Origin: Mustelus asterias
Lineage: Eukaryota
Direction: 5' to 3'
Length of the DNA stretch: 64,000 nt
NCBI RefSeq assembly: GCF_964213995.1
Contig: NC_135805.1
Location: forward strand, 64,480,001-64,544,000
Position 1 is the first letter of the stretch. The number at the start of each line of letters is the position of its first letter. A program made the translations under genes and the position numbers. Below, in pieces: positions 22,986-35,058 of this stretch. The notes beneath the pieces are model-generated. The model saw only the letters and a program-made list of their open reading frames with translations, ran no database searches and was not told the DNA's origin.

Positions 22986-23811
22986 CACACAAATCTGTCC
23001 ACCATGCCAGATTTGCACTTGAAGGATGAGGATGTTTAAAGCAAAGTTTCAGTGGTGTACAGAGAATTTACTTTACTGAAAGACAACATTCCCACGCATA
23101 TGGTTAAAATACAACCTTGCTTAAGAAGAGGCAAGGGAAGACTTCATTTGTCTGGGGCACTTCATGACCATGGGGCATATCAAAGCACGTTATAGCCAAT
23201 GAATTACCGTGCTATTTTGCAGGGTAGACAGAAAAGCTTAGGATAAAATTAATGGCCCCAAATTGTCTGATGGAATTAGCACTCAATGTTGAGATACTCG
23301 CCATTGTTGTGTGACTGGGGGCAGAGGAAGTCGAGACATGCAATACTTGCATGCAAAATTTAACCTTCTGATGGGCAGATCCTCTCATCATAGATCTGGA
23401 ATTTACCCCAGAATTTACCCCACGATACTCACACCTGTCAATTATAGGTGTAGGACCTGGGTTAAAAGTGATTAGCAGCACAGGTTGCATTGAGAAGGCC
23501 TCAAAATGTCCACAAACTCACTGAACAATTAACAGTTCCCTACCTTTGCTTCTAACCCCACCGCCGCCCCCAACACCCACCCATGGATTATTTTACAATA
23601 TTATCTTGTACACATGATCAATCAAGTTGCATTGTTTGTGTCAAAGCTGGTTTTAAGAATTTGCTACAGCGAAGTTCGTCAATAACGATTCACATCTGTT
23701 GCCATTGACAATCCAATAAACATTGTACATTTTATTATCTTCAAATGCAAACTGCAACTCCATTAGCTAATTTGTTTGGACTGATTATAATAAGCAGTTA
23801 TGAACACTTAC

Positions 23812-23976
23812 TTCATATTTTCCTTTCTTCTCTAATGGTTCAGAGTCCTTTCTGTCTGTTGTAACTTGTTGGCTGGCTTCAACTTCTAGCTCTTCCAGCA
23901 CCAGGACTGTTTCACAATTATTATAGCTGTGAGCAGGAAATATATCCGAGCGCATACTGTCACCAAAGTAAACAAC
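23812..23976 (-). CDS. NT5DC1: NT5DC1 internal coding exon (phase 0/0): VVYFGDSMRSDIFPAHSYNNCETVLVLEELEVEASQQVTTDRKDSEPLEKKGKYE
   Basis: Acceptor taacccacag and donor GAA|gtaagt; 165 nt. Contains the HAD motif IV-type YFGDxxxxD and matches recalled human VVYFGDSMHSDIFPARHYSNWETVLILEEL...SEPLEKKGKYE. Confidence 0.96.
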
Positions 23977-24953
23977 CTGTGGGTTAAATAGCAGACATCA
24001 TGCTAAGTTCTCTCCAGACTAAGATCAGACCAAAGGCATAGGTCAAAGATATTTATAAAATGTAAATATAAAGGAGAAAAGAGAAAGACGCATATTTTCA
24101 GATTACTCAGATAGATAAGGTCACTCTTCTGAATAGAAATTTGAGCAATTTTTCGTGGCTTGTCATGAAGGTGACTGAAAGGATCCTGATAAAAGATTTT
24201 CAAGAATAAAAATTATGTTGTCTCAAAAGCCTCCTGAAGTTATCTTCCTGCATTCCTGCTCGACTTTAGCAAATATGCTATTAATCATACGTCAAAAAAT
24301 TGAATGCCCACCAAATGCATGAATATAAAAGATTCATGAAGTTAACACTTGGCTATCTTAATTGCCTATCACTGAGTGGAATTTAATAAATGTGACAACA
24401 ATATATGATAATTAGAAAAATGCTCAGTACCTCTAGAGTGAAAGGGGTTGTTCTGCTGTTGGAAGTGGGGTAAAGATAAACAGCACTTCTTTAAGTCATC
24501 ACAAAAGCAAGCTTGTGATTATCTGATAAGTAGGCCCAATTAGGGTAAACTAAAATTTAAAAACTAAATGTTTAAACAAAGGAGCTTATGCATTTGGAAA
24601 AGATAAGAAAACTAACTCAACTAAACTGTGATAAATGTCCAAGTCTTCCAATCAACTTTGGAACTGCTGCATTCGGTGCGGATCAGTTAGAAAACCGCGT
24701 ATTTACCTGATTATATTTGTAAACATCTAAACTTCCAAAGCAGCCTGAAGATCTCGTTCAATGCAAAAATCCACGCAGAGAGCAGCAAAGAGTGGTTGGA
24801 AATTAGCGCGTCTCGGAGGGGAGTTGTGTTGGAATGCGGGAGGGTTTGTCAGTATGAATGGTTGAAAGGTCAGTTGAATAGTTACCCAAGAGTTTGACGA
24901 GGATTTTTTTCTCTTATTTCCTGGGTAACTATTCAGATAAGTGAATCGGGACT

Positions 24954-25491
24954 ATCGCTTCTCGGCCTTTTTTTTGTATTTTTATTCCAATTCAATCAAA
25001 TCAAGTCCAATTCAGAGTCTCAACAAGTTGAGACATTCCCGATCCAAGCTGACAAGACAGGGCTCCCACCTCCTGTCTTGGGCTTGATCTACATGATCCA
25101 AGCTGATTGGAGAAGGAATAGCTCCTCCTCCAAGGCTTGATCTCATTTGCATCTTAGCCAAAAGGCCGAGATGCCGCTTTTAAAAATTGCTTCAAATGAA
25201 GCTAAAATGTAACCTAATGACCTCAACCAAGCGCAGCATGTCGATACTACACTTGATCCTAGCCAAAAGGCCGAGATCTACGATCAAGTGTCGGATGAAG
25301 CCCAAGATGGGGTGAAATTCCTTATCTTGTCAGCTTGGATCTTGCTTGTCCCGCTTGTGGGGACCATGAACTGGATTTAATTAGAATTTGAACTTGATTT
25401 TTGGAGCAAGCAAGGAATGGATTTGGGTTTGTTTGGTCCGTTTTGAGCATTGGCTTTCTAACTTTAAGAATGGAGTATAAATTTTTTTTAA
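24954..25491 (+). mobile_element. U2 snRNA-headed retroposon (older host copy), split by an antisense copy
   Basis: ATCGCTTCTCGGCCTTTT (U2 nt 1-18) at 24954 resumes as ctacgatcaagtgt (U2 nt 21-34, one mismatch) at 25278, followed by a hairpin module. Degenerate TSD aatcgggact (24944-24953) / aatcggaatt (25492-25501). Confidence 0.75.
24968..25276 (-). mobile_element. U2 snRNA-headed retroposon with two U2 5' segments, two hairpin modules, AATAAA and poly(A)
   Basis: U2 nt 7-40 at 25243-25276 (one mismatch) and U2 nt 7-27 at 25151-25171. The 3' end reads ggaataaaaatacaaaaaaaa on the minus strand. Confidence 0.82.
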
Positions 25492-26199
25492 AATCGGAAT
25501 TGTCTGAAGTTTCCCATTCTAAATTGCAGTCGGACTTTTGCGGAGGGTCTGGGTAACAAGGAAATTGCCTGTCGGAAGTTCAAACTTCCTGGACAATTCC
25601 CACGGAATTCAGTGTGTCAGGACTTCTGTGGGGTTCTGAGCTGCACCTTGGGTCCTACGTCCTGTCTCTGACAATCTGGAGATCAGAAGATCTGGACCAA
25701 AGTACATTCACAACATGGCACACCCAAAATATAATGGCCCAAAATGCTGACAAAATAATGCCACGGCTCAAAGCACGTGCTGCTATTTATGTGCAAATGT
25801 CATTGGAGGTTAGGGCACCTAAGTGGTTTAATGCAGAATCCCAATAGATGCTGTTCGAGATACTGCTGTTAATTTGCGAAAATAGTAACTCGTTGTTGTC
25901 CGGTTGCCCATTCAAATTCCTTCAGTAATGTATGAAGTAAACTCGCCACAAAAAGTTAATGCTTGTCTAGTTTAATTCCTGTCTCCTTTTTCGCCTTCTC
26001 TCTCTCTCTTTCAATACCCTTTTTGACATTGATGTCACCATCCTAACTTACACTTCCTTGATCAAACTTTCATAGAAAGAATAGAAAGAATTTAGATTTT
26101 AGATTTTCTTTGTCAATTTCACAAACTCTCAATCTGATTGGTGAATGAGTCACATTTTGTTTCCACTTCCCACTGGCAGCCACTTGTCTACTTTAAACA

Positions 26200-26452
26200 T
26201 GGTGGCACAATGGTCAGCACTGCTGCCTCACAGCACCAGGGACCCGCGTTCGATTCCCGGCTCGAGTCACTGTCTGTGCAGAGTCTGCACGTTCTCCTTG
26301 TGTCTGTGTGGGTTGCCTTTGGGTGCTCCAATTTCCTCCCACAGTCTGAAAGGCGTGCTGGTTAGGTGCATTGGCCATGCTAAATTCTCATAGTAATTTC
26401 ACTGCAGTGTTAACGTAAGCCGACTTGTGACACTGATAAATAAACTTTAAAA
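26200..26452 (+). mobile_element. HE1-head SINE, type-2 tail
   Basis: Homology to the other copies. Confidence 0.85.
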
Positions 26453-27075
26453 TCAAACTGGCAAGGGCAATACTAACTAAATGGTAATCACTGCTCATTA
26501 GTCTGCCAGAAGAAATGCTTGAACCAACATAGTAAAGGAAGATTGGAAATAGTATAGCGCCTTAGCTACTGTTGTAGCACAATATCTCCACTGTGGCATG
26601 TACTCCTTCTGGAACCTCAATGCACTACGGGAAAATACAAAAATGGCAACTGATTGTTGTTACAGCTGACAGGAAGACTTGTGCCTTGCCCATCACAAAA
26701 TCTCAAATTATACCGAGAGCAAAAGCTAAGTTTTAGATTCCAAGATCTTGCGTTGATGATAGAACTCAGGCCCAAAGGCAATGCCAAATATTAAAAAGGT
26801 TTTCTTAATTTGATGCTTATCGTGGTGCAGGGATATGTCTGCCTACTGCTTAGCATTCCACAAGTTATATTCCAAGTGGTCTTAGAATGACATAAATTGA
26901 TAACATGTTGAAGGTGTTTGCAAAATTTAACAGAATATCTAAGTTGTAGCAGGGAACTGGGTTGCACATCAAGATGGCAATACAACCCACTGCATTCCTG
27001 GAATCCAGACTACAACAGGGCAATCCATCAGCACATATTGCCAGGAGGTTTGATGTACTGCTTTATAACCAGAAG

Positions 27076-27766
27076 AGTTTTCAATAACAAGTGTTGCATT
27101 CTGTTACAATTAGTGTCAACAGAATGCAACACTTGTTATTGAAAACTATGGGCCAGAACTTTTGTGGAATGGCAATCACTGATATCCATTCCACTCCTTC
27201 TTACTTACCTTAGTCTGAAGCTGGAGCTTTCTCTTCCAGCATAGCAGCTTCAGGCAAAGCGAAGCTGAGGTGGTTGGGGGGAGGTGCGGTGAGAAGGAGC
27301 TGATCAAGGGGGACTTGGAAAGGGTCATGGTTGGGATGGAGGGGGAGAACCAGTTGGTAGTCAGGGATTGGGGAAGTTTGAGAGGATAGTTTGGGGTGGG
27401 GGAGATAGTCAGGGTGAGGGAGGGTAGCTGAGGGGTGGTGGTCGGGGTTAACTGGGGGGGGGGCTGGGGGGGTGGAGTTGGGGTGCATCAGTAGCATAGT
27501 TACCCAAGAGTTAAAACTTTTCCTAGGTAACTTGTTAGAGAATTGAAACCATCCAAATTTTCCAATTCAAATCGGAGTTTCAGATGGTTCCCAAAGCAGT
27601 GTAATTGCCCTTCGGAAGTTTAAACTTCCTGGGTAATTGCCGTGCAGTCTTCATGTGGAAACCTCTGTGTGGTTCCCCCACTGCATCTTCTGGGGTAACT
27701 CTGGCCCATAGTTTTCAATAACAAGTGTTGCATTCTGTTGACACTAATTGTAACAGAATGCAACAC
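27076..27766. repeat. MITE-like element bracketed by a perfect 67-bp inverted repeat that contains hairpins
   Basis: 27091-27157 is the exact reverse complement of 27700-27766. A 30-bp-stem, 12-nt-loop hairpin lies at 27076-27147. Confidence 0.88.
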
Positions 27767-28054
27767 CCCTGGAGATTGGAAGTTCTGAACCAATATTATT
27801 TCAGCATGAAGAAAAAAATCTCAAGGTGCTTCCCAGGAGCACAATCAGACCAAAACTTTCAACACATCATAGGAGGAGATGTTAGAAAACACATATCAAG
27901 GAAATGTTTTTATTGTGTCTCTGATTAAATAAACTAGGAATTCACGTTTTGAGTTCACATTTCAGTGTCTTAAGACTAAGCAACAGAGCACACTATATTA
28001 AGTCCAGACTTGGCAACACGTAAGCATGTTTTCTGGTATTTACATCATTTTTTT

Positions 28055-28478
28055 TGGCATGGTGGTAACATTCCCACCCCAGAGTCAGAGGGTCGTGGGT
28101 TCTGGCTCCACACCAGAGACTTGAACACATAATCTAAGCTGACATTTTATTGCAATACTGAGGGAGTTCTGCATTGTCATAAATGCTATCTTTCAGTTGG
28201 GACATTCAACTGAAATCCTGTTCGCCTTCCCAGACGGACAGAAAAAATATCACGGCCCTATTTGAAGAAACACAGGAGAGTTCAGCCAGTGTTATTCAGC
28301 CAACACAACTAAAACCAGGCTATCTGGTCAGATAGCTCACCATTGCTTATGGGCAAATTGGTTGCTGTGTTTACACTATTACAATATTGACGACACCGCG
28401 AGCATACTTAATTGGCTGCTTAATTAGCTATCCAGAATTTGTGAAAAGTGCCAAATGTAAGCAAATCCTTTATTTTAT
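28055..28478 (+). mobile_element. Deu-domain SINE (SacSINE1-like), old
   Basis: tRNA-like head, then tactgagggagttctgcattgtc...tgctatctttcagttgggacattcaactga...ctatttgaagaa, resembling the recalled DeuSINE central domain. Degenerate relatives at ~22100-22480, 33830-34040 and 61385-61550. Confidence 0.72.
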
Positions 28479-28949
28479 TTCTTGGAATTGCTTTCAGACA
28501 ATGGTGCACGTACACTGACTTCCGCACAAATTACCAACATTCTTCTCTCTGTGTCCTTTGGCTCCTTAGACTCATTTTCACTTCACTTTGTTCCTCTGTC
28601 ATTTTCTGCACTTTCTTTCTCAGAATAGTAATTCTGACAATCCTTGCCTTTCTCTCCTCTTTACCGACATAAAAAAATGGATATAAACTGAAACCTTGAG
28701 TGCGTCATTGCCACATTATTGTTCGAATTACACGGTTTGGTCCATGTTAATATTTATCCTACACAAGACCAGTAGATCTAATCCCAGAAATCCACTCCAG
28801 CTCCTATATTCCTTTATTTCTCTTTTCTTCAACCCAAAGCGAACCTACTTTTAAACATTGAAATGCGCGAGAATTTTCTTGGAGCTGCTTCCACTTCTCC
28901 GCACTGTAAGTGTCAGTACACCATCAGTGCAATTTCTTAAGATTGAATC

Positions 28950-29095
28950 TTAAATCTATATCCCTTTTGAGGGCTATGCAAGGCTATGGGCCATGTGCAG
29001 GACGATGGGATTAGAAATGGCACCTGGTTGTCTTTGGGTCGGCAGGGACAAGATGGGCTGAACGGCCCTTTCTGTTCTGCATCATTTCTATGGTT
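28950..29095 (+). mobile_element. CR1 3' terminal fragment
   Basis: gatgggctgaacggcccttttctgttctgcatcatttctatggttc. Confidence 0.7.
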
Positions 29096-29849
29096 CGACT
29101 TACCCACAGCCAGAAACAAACTTGTGTTTCCATCTAATCTATCCCATCACAATTTTAAAAACCTCAAACAAATCACTCCTTAATCTGCTTGATTCAAATC
29201 AAAACAGTCTTAATTCTTTTAGGACTTTCCCCTTTGTGTATTTCCTCAAATGCGTCAATATCTGAACAAAGATTATGGGTTAGGGGGAGATGGTTGGACA
29301 ATTCAGGAGATTGGGGTGTGGGTTTGGGAGACTGGATTGTGGATTGGAGTAGCCAGGGCTAGGTAGTGGGAGCTGGGTGGAGACCTGTCTGCCCCTCTTC
29401 GTGAATAAGCTGTGCCGGAAAAGCAATTTGTCAATGGATTGAGGCTCTCAGCCACCTGGTTTCCCAAGTCCTGATATCTGAAAGGTTGTTAAAATTTGAG
29501 GCATGTTGCCTCATTGCCATTATTTAAGGACATGCTTCACGAGCAATCAAGTTACTCGGTCCTGTCAAAGCAGGAAATAGAGGCGGGTATTCCTTGTTTG
29601 AAATCATAACCATCTCCTGCATATTTCCCACCCTCTGAGGTGGGTAACAATTGCTGAGCTCAGTTGCAGGACGATCCTCCCCATGTCTTCCTAACCTGGG
29701 TTACAATGGCGCCACTTCCATCCTTTAATTAAAATAGGTACATCATACATCTTCCCCATGACATCTATTCTTAGTTTATTTGGACTATCAGTCCACAAAT
29801 TTGGCACCCCTGACTGAAAGTTACATTGTGGGTCTCAACTGGATAGATT

Positions 29850-31675
29850 TATCCCCAGTAGGTCAAGTCGATGCAAAGAAAACATTTCATCAGCCATGAT
29901 GGTCTTGGATGCCTCAGTTGATATTTTGTCCCTGAAAGCTTCTGCCGGTAGATTGCAGAAAGGAGAAAGTTACCTGGACATTTTGCTCCAGGAGACAGTC
30001 ACAATCCTTCAATTAGATACTTCTGATTTGGTCCATGGTCAGAGACAGTTAGGTGTGACTGCGATTGAGGCAGGTATGGGGACCCAGGAGGCAGCCCCAG
30101 TAATTGTTCAACGGGTTCAAGGTTTTTGCGGCTTGTGAATAAACGCACAGACTGCAGGGTGGATGAGCAGATGGACCATGGCATCATGGTGCAGGGAGCC
30201 ATTCAAGTGGTGGAAGTAAAAAGGAATATAGTTGTATCAGGGGACAGTATATTAAGGGGGATAGATGCAGTCAAGAGCATGGGTGCAGAAGGTGCTGGAA
30301 TCCATTCTTAAGAAAGTCTTAACAATGCACATGGTATGATCAGAACAAGTCAAGAAGGTTTTAGGAAAGGGAAATCTTGTTTGACAAATTTATTGGAGCT
30401 TTTTTGAGTACGCATTAAGTAAGGTAGATAAAGGGGAACCAGTAGATGTAATATACTTAAATTTTCAAAACACTCAATAAATTGCCATATAAAAGATCAA
30501 AAGGTAAGCACTCGTGGAGTTGGAGTGATATATTAACATGGATAGGAGATTGATTAATGGACAGGAAATAGAAAGTTGGGATAAATGGGGCAATTTCAAG
30601 TTTGCAAGCTGTGATCAATGGAGTGTCGCAAGGATCAATGCTATATTAAATTACTGACATAGACAGGAAACAGAGAGTAGCGTATCTAAGTTAGCTTACA
30701 ATACAAAGTTAGATGGGATTGCAAGCTGTGAGGAAGACAGAAAAAGGCTGTGAAGAGATAGCGGCAGGTTAAGTACGTGGGTAACAAGGAAGAATATGAA
30801 ATGTAATGAGTGAAAATGTGAAGTTAAAGTGAGAATGAAAAAGCAAAATATTTTTTAAAAGGTGCGGCATTCATAAATGTTGATATTCTGAGATTTGTGT
30901 GCACTCGTACAAGCAACACAAGTTAGTATGCAGGTACAACAAGCAATTAGGAAGGCAAATTGAATGTTGGTCTTTATTACAAGGGGATTAGAGTACAAGA
31001 ACATGGTTGCTTTGCTACAATTGTACAGGATTTTGGTGGGATCACACCTGGAGTAGTGTGCATTTTGAGCTCCGTATATAAGAAAGGATATACTTGCTTT
31101 GGAGACAGTATAATGAAGGTTCATTGGATTGGTCCCGAGGATGAGAGAGTTGTCCTACAATGAGAGGCTGAGTAAACTGCATCTCCAGTTACTGGATAAA
31201 ATCAAAGCTGCAAAACGCACAGACTGGCAGCAAACAGTGGGGAGAGCAACAGGAGTTAATATTTTAAGTCCGATATGACTCTTCTCTATTCTCTGCTGTG
31301 TAGAAGAACGAGAGACGATCTCATTGAAACTTTCAAGATCATGAAACAGCTTGACAGAGTGGATACTGAGACATTGTTTGGTTGGGGAAATTTAAAACAA
31401 GACAATACAATTTCAGGATAAGGGGACAATCGTTTAGGACTGAGACAAGGAGAACTGTATTCACTCAAATGCTTGTGAACCGTTGGAATTCTTTACTCCA
31501 GAGGGTTGTGCATGTGCCACCATTGAATATATTTAAGGCTAAGTTAGACAGATTTTTAATCTCTCCGGTAATCAAATGCTATAGGGAGCATACAGGAAAG
31601 TAAGCTATGATCATAGTGAGTAGGCTCGACAGGCCATATGGTCTTCTCCAACTCCTACTTGTTATATTTTTATAG
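29850..31675 (+). mobile_element. Degraded CR1 with ORF1 esterase remnant and ORF2 RT remnant
   Basis: IVVSGDSILRGID (SGNH GDS motif) near 30230, and GFRKGKSCLTNLL near 30360. Many stops and frameshifts. Confidence 0.82.
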
Positions 31676-31786
31676 TGGCCTGAGAAGGGCTAGAGAGTTT
31701 GTGGTTCAATTGGAAAAATTGCAACTCATCTAAGACTAGATGCTTGACAAGTCTGATAGCCCAGCAATTGGATAGTCAAGAGACAA

Positions 31787-32104
31787 GTGGCACAGTGGTT
31801 AGCATTGCTGCCTCACAGCGCCAGGGACCTGGGTTTGATTCCCGGTTTGGGTCACTGTCTGTGTGGAGTTTGCACGTTCTCCCTGTGCCTGCATGGGTTT
31901 CCTTTGGGTGCTTCGATTCCCTCCAGGTGCTCTGGTTTCCTCCCACAGTCTAAAGATGTGCAGGTTAGGTGAATTGGCTATGCTAAGTTCTCCCTCAGTG
32001 TACCCGAACAGGCGCCGGACTGTGGCGACTTGGGGATTTTCACAGTAACTCCATTGCAGTGTGAATGTAAGCCTACTTGTGACGAATAAATAATAAACCT
32101 TTAA
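31787..32104 (+). mobile_element. HE1-head SINE, type-2 tail, with an internal duplication
   Basis: Homology to the other copies; duplicated tttcc...ggtgct segment at ~31897-31940. Confidence 0.85.
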
Positions 32105-33480
32105 GATACGGTGGGGAAGACAGTGCTTGCATGCATGTCAAAGTTGAACCTATATCTTTGGAATCATGTTGCTAAGGGCTAGTTTGTTGATGAGAAGAAG
32201 GAGAAGTCTAAGGATAGATCTTTGAAGGCTTCCATTACTAGGCGCAGGCTAGGCAGAAAAGCAATTGGTGAAGATACTGTGGCTATATGAACAAAAGTGA
32301 GCACAGTCCAACTGTGCTGAACAACAGAGGAAAAGCTTAGGAGGAAAATGCTGTCATTGACCAGTTCAAGGGCTGCATATAGGTCACAGAGGATGAAGGA
32401 AGAGAATTAAGGAACATGGTCATTTGTGACTGTTTTGGACTATTTCAGTGCGGTGACAGCTGTGGAAACCTGATAGGAGAGATTGAAATGTGAGGTTATG
32501 GGAAAGATGAACATGGAGTTGTGAGCAGACAAGAGAGCTAAGAACCTTGGAGGTGAAAGGTTGCAGATCAGGTAAGGACAGAGAGGGTAAAAGTTTTTTT
32601 TTAAGAGAGTGTGATCTCAGCTGTTTGAAAGGAGAGGAAACTATTGTAAAGTCAGATAGCATGCAACCCATAAAGAGAAGTTGGGTGGTCGGCCAATTCA
32701 TGGTGATGGAATTCAGGGAACTCTGGATGGGTTTTGTGGGCAAGATAAGCTTGGAGAATGTACAAAAGTAGAGTGATGGGCCCTTTGGCAGAGAAGAGCA
32801 ATGGCTGATAATATTTAAGGTAGGGTCCATCATACATTAGTTATGGATACCTGAACCAGATCTGCAGCAACACATTCATGTTTACACCCCGTGGACTTGA
32901 GGGGGCAAAGATGGGATGTATATCAGGAGTAAGAACAATGATGGGAGACGGTAAAGGTTTTACTGAACGCAAGGGTATTAATTGTGGATGGTGGTTGAGC
33001 AGATTGGCAGCTGTAGAAATATTATGGAGAATGGGACACCAAAGGCTAAAGCACTGGGAGACTCTGAAAGTTGAGCTGTGAGTGACTTGATATAGTTCTT
33101 TCTGGGGCAGTCATAGAGGTTTACAGCATGGAAACAGGCCCTTCGGCCCAATTTGTCCATGCCGCCCTTTTTTTTTAAAAACCCCTAAGCTAATCCCAAT
33201 TGCTCGTATTTGGCCCATATCCCTCTATACCCATCGTACCCATGTAACTATCTAAATGCTTTTTAAAATATAAAATTGTACCCGCCTCTACCACTACCTC
33301 TGGTAGCTTGTTCCAGACACTCTGTGTGAAAAAAGTCATTGAAGGAAGTGAGACTGGCAGCAAGTAGGGGGAACGTTGATTCTGAGTGATGGTGAGAAGT
33401 CATCAAAGATGACTTTATTTTTGACCAAGAGTTATGAGATCATGTCGGATGTCAAGGTTAAGAGATGGCTGTGGATATGG
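32105..33480 (-). mobile_element. Degraded L2-clade LINE, with a CR1 3' fragment inserted at ~33110-33335
   Basis: Minus-strand LPSLSLPDLQPFTSKVL...QSLLSGFHSCHRTE is the L2 RT N-terminal region. The insert begins agtcatagaggtttacagcatgg, the same family as 45000-45610. Confidence 0.7.
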
Positions 33481-34772
33481 GTGGGAGAGTTTATATCAAA
33501 ACATTTGCATAATTAAATTAACAAATTTAGATAAGGATACTTTTACATCCGAGGAACTCAAAAAATCATTTTTCATAGACTTAATGCTAACTAAAATTGA
33601 GGCTATATAAAAATCTTTAAAATGATATAAGTGTTACAACACTAAAAGTGGAAATGTGAGATACCTTCAGTTTGTTCAAGCATTATTATCCTTGCTGGTG
33701 ACGCCAGGAGTTCTTTCTAATTTTACCCCCAACTCAGACTTGACTGTTTTCCAACAATGTTCCACGCTACTGTGACGCCACACTACGATTCCCAACTGTA
33801 AAGGTAGCTCATAATGAAAACAAAAGAAAGACTCGCATTTCTATTGCACCTATCATGGCCTCAGGACATTCCCATGTGTTTCACATTAATTGCACTGCTT
33901 TTTGAAGAGGAATCACTGTTGCAATGTCGGAAACACAACAACTAATCTGTATAAAACAAAACCCCAAAAACAGAAAAGCAATTATTATGAGACAACCCGT
34001 TTTAGTAGTGATGGTTGAGGGACAAGTGTAGGCCAGGATTTAAAAAAAACATTACAGTTTTCACATAGTCTCTCAAGACAAAGTGATTTAAAACCTGGGG
34101 AAAAATAGAGAAAAAATATATTTGGAACATATATCCTTTATGAACAGGTACCTAGTTAATTTATGACATGTAGGTTGAGGCAGTTCTATTTAAATAGGTT
34201 GAATCGGTCAAAACAACATTTCAAATGTTGAATGCTTCACATATCATTGATTCTATGAGTTTTAGTTAAAAATGTGGTATAGGATATAGATGTATATATA
34301 AATAAAAATAATATGTGAAGACTCCAAGTTGAATTTAATTTAGAAAAAGTTTAACTCTTTTTAAAGTTTATATCAGTCAATATAAATGGAGCAAAGCATT
34401 TATATCATTTGTGTTATTCAGCACTGTGAAGTAACACCCATCTTGAATGAGTTTCATGGAACTATTTTGATTTCTATTTTGCGCATTCCAGCTTTTTTTA
34501 AACAAAAGCAGCTGTTTCTCTGTACATTTCCTTGGCAACTAAAAGTGTAGTAAAATACAAGAATAATTAATGAACTTGGTTTCCCCCAGAAAGCCAATCT
34601 AAAATGGATAAAGATGGCAGAAATTACATGTCACCTCAAAAAGGTTTCCATGGCAAATTGTTGATGTTGCATGCTATGCAATGTTATAGTGCCACTTCAG
34701 GGCATTTGGTGAGAGAGAGGTATTGGATTAAACAGTAGAACTGCCAAGACAACATTACTTATGCTACTCAGT

Positions 34773-35058
34773 TTAAGTAAAGTTTATTGATTAGTGACAC
34801 AAGTAGGCTTACATTAACGCTGCAATGAAGTTACTGTGAAAGTCCCCTAGTCGCCACACTCCGGCACCTGTTCAGGTACACTGAGGGAGAATTTAGGGTG
34901 GCCAATGCACCCAACCAGCACATATTTCGGATTGTTGGAGGAAACCCACGCAGACACGGGGAGAAGGTGCAGACTCTGCACAGATAGTGAGCCAAGCTGG
35001 AAATCAAACCCCGGTCCCTGGCGCTGTGAGGCAGCACTGCTAATCACTGTGCCACTGT
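34773..35058 (-). mobile_element. HE1-head SINE, type-2 tail
   Basis: Homology to the other copies. Confidence 0.85.

Larger units (their letters stand above)
24640..25700. mobile_element. Decayed hairpin-rich MITE-like element hosting the U2 retroposons; related copies at ~27150-27710 and ~54390-54921
   Basis: Shared motifs atagttacccaag...cctgggtaactat and cggaagtt(c/t)aaacttcc, and an end in ...tctgg(a/c/g)cc. Confidence 0.6.

Noticed and set aside
24954-25291. Functional U2 snRNA gene
   Set aside because: Only the 5' ~18-40 nt are present. There is no Sm site or 3' stem-loops, and the segments are fused to unrelated sequence.
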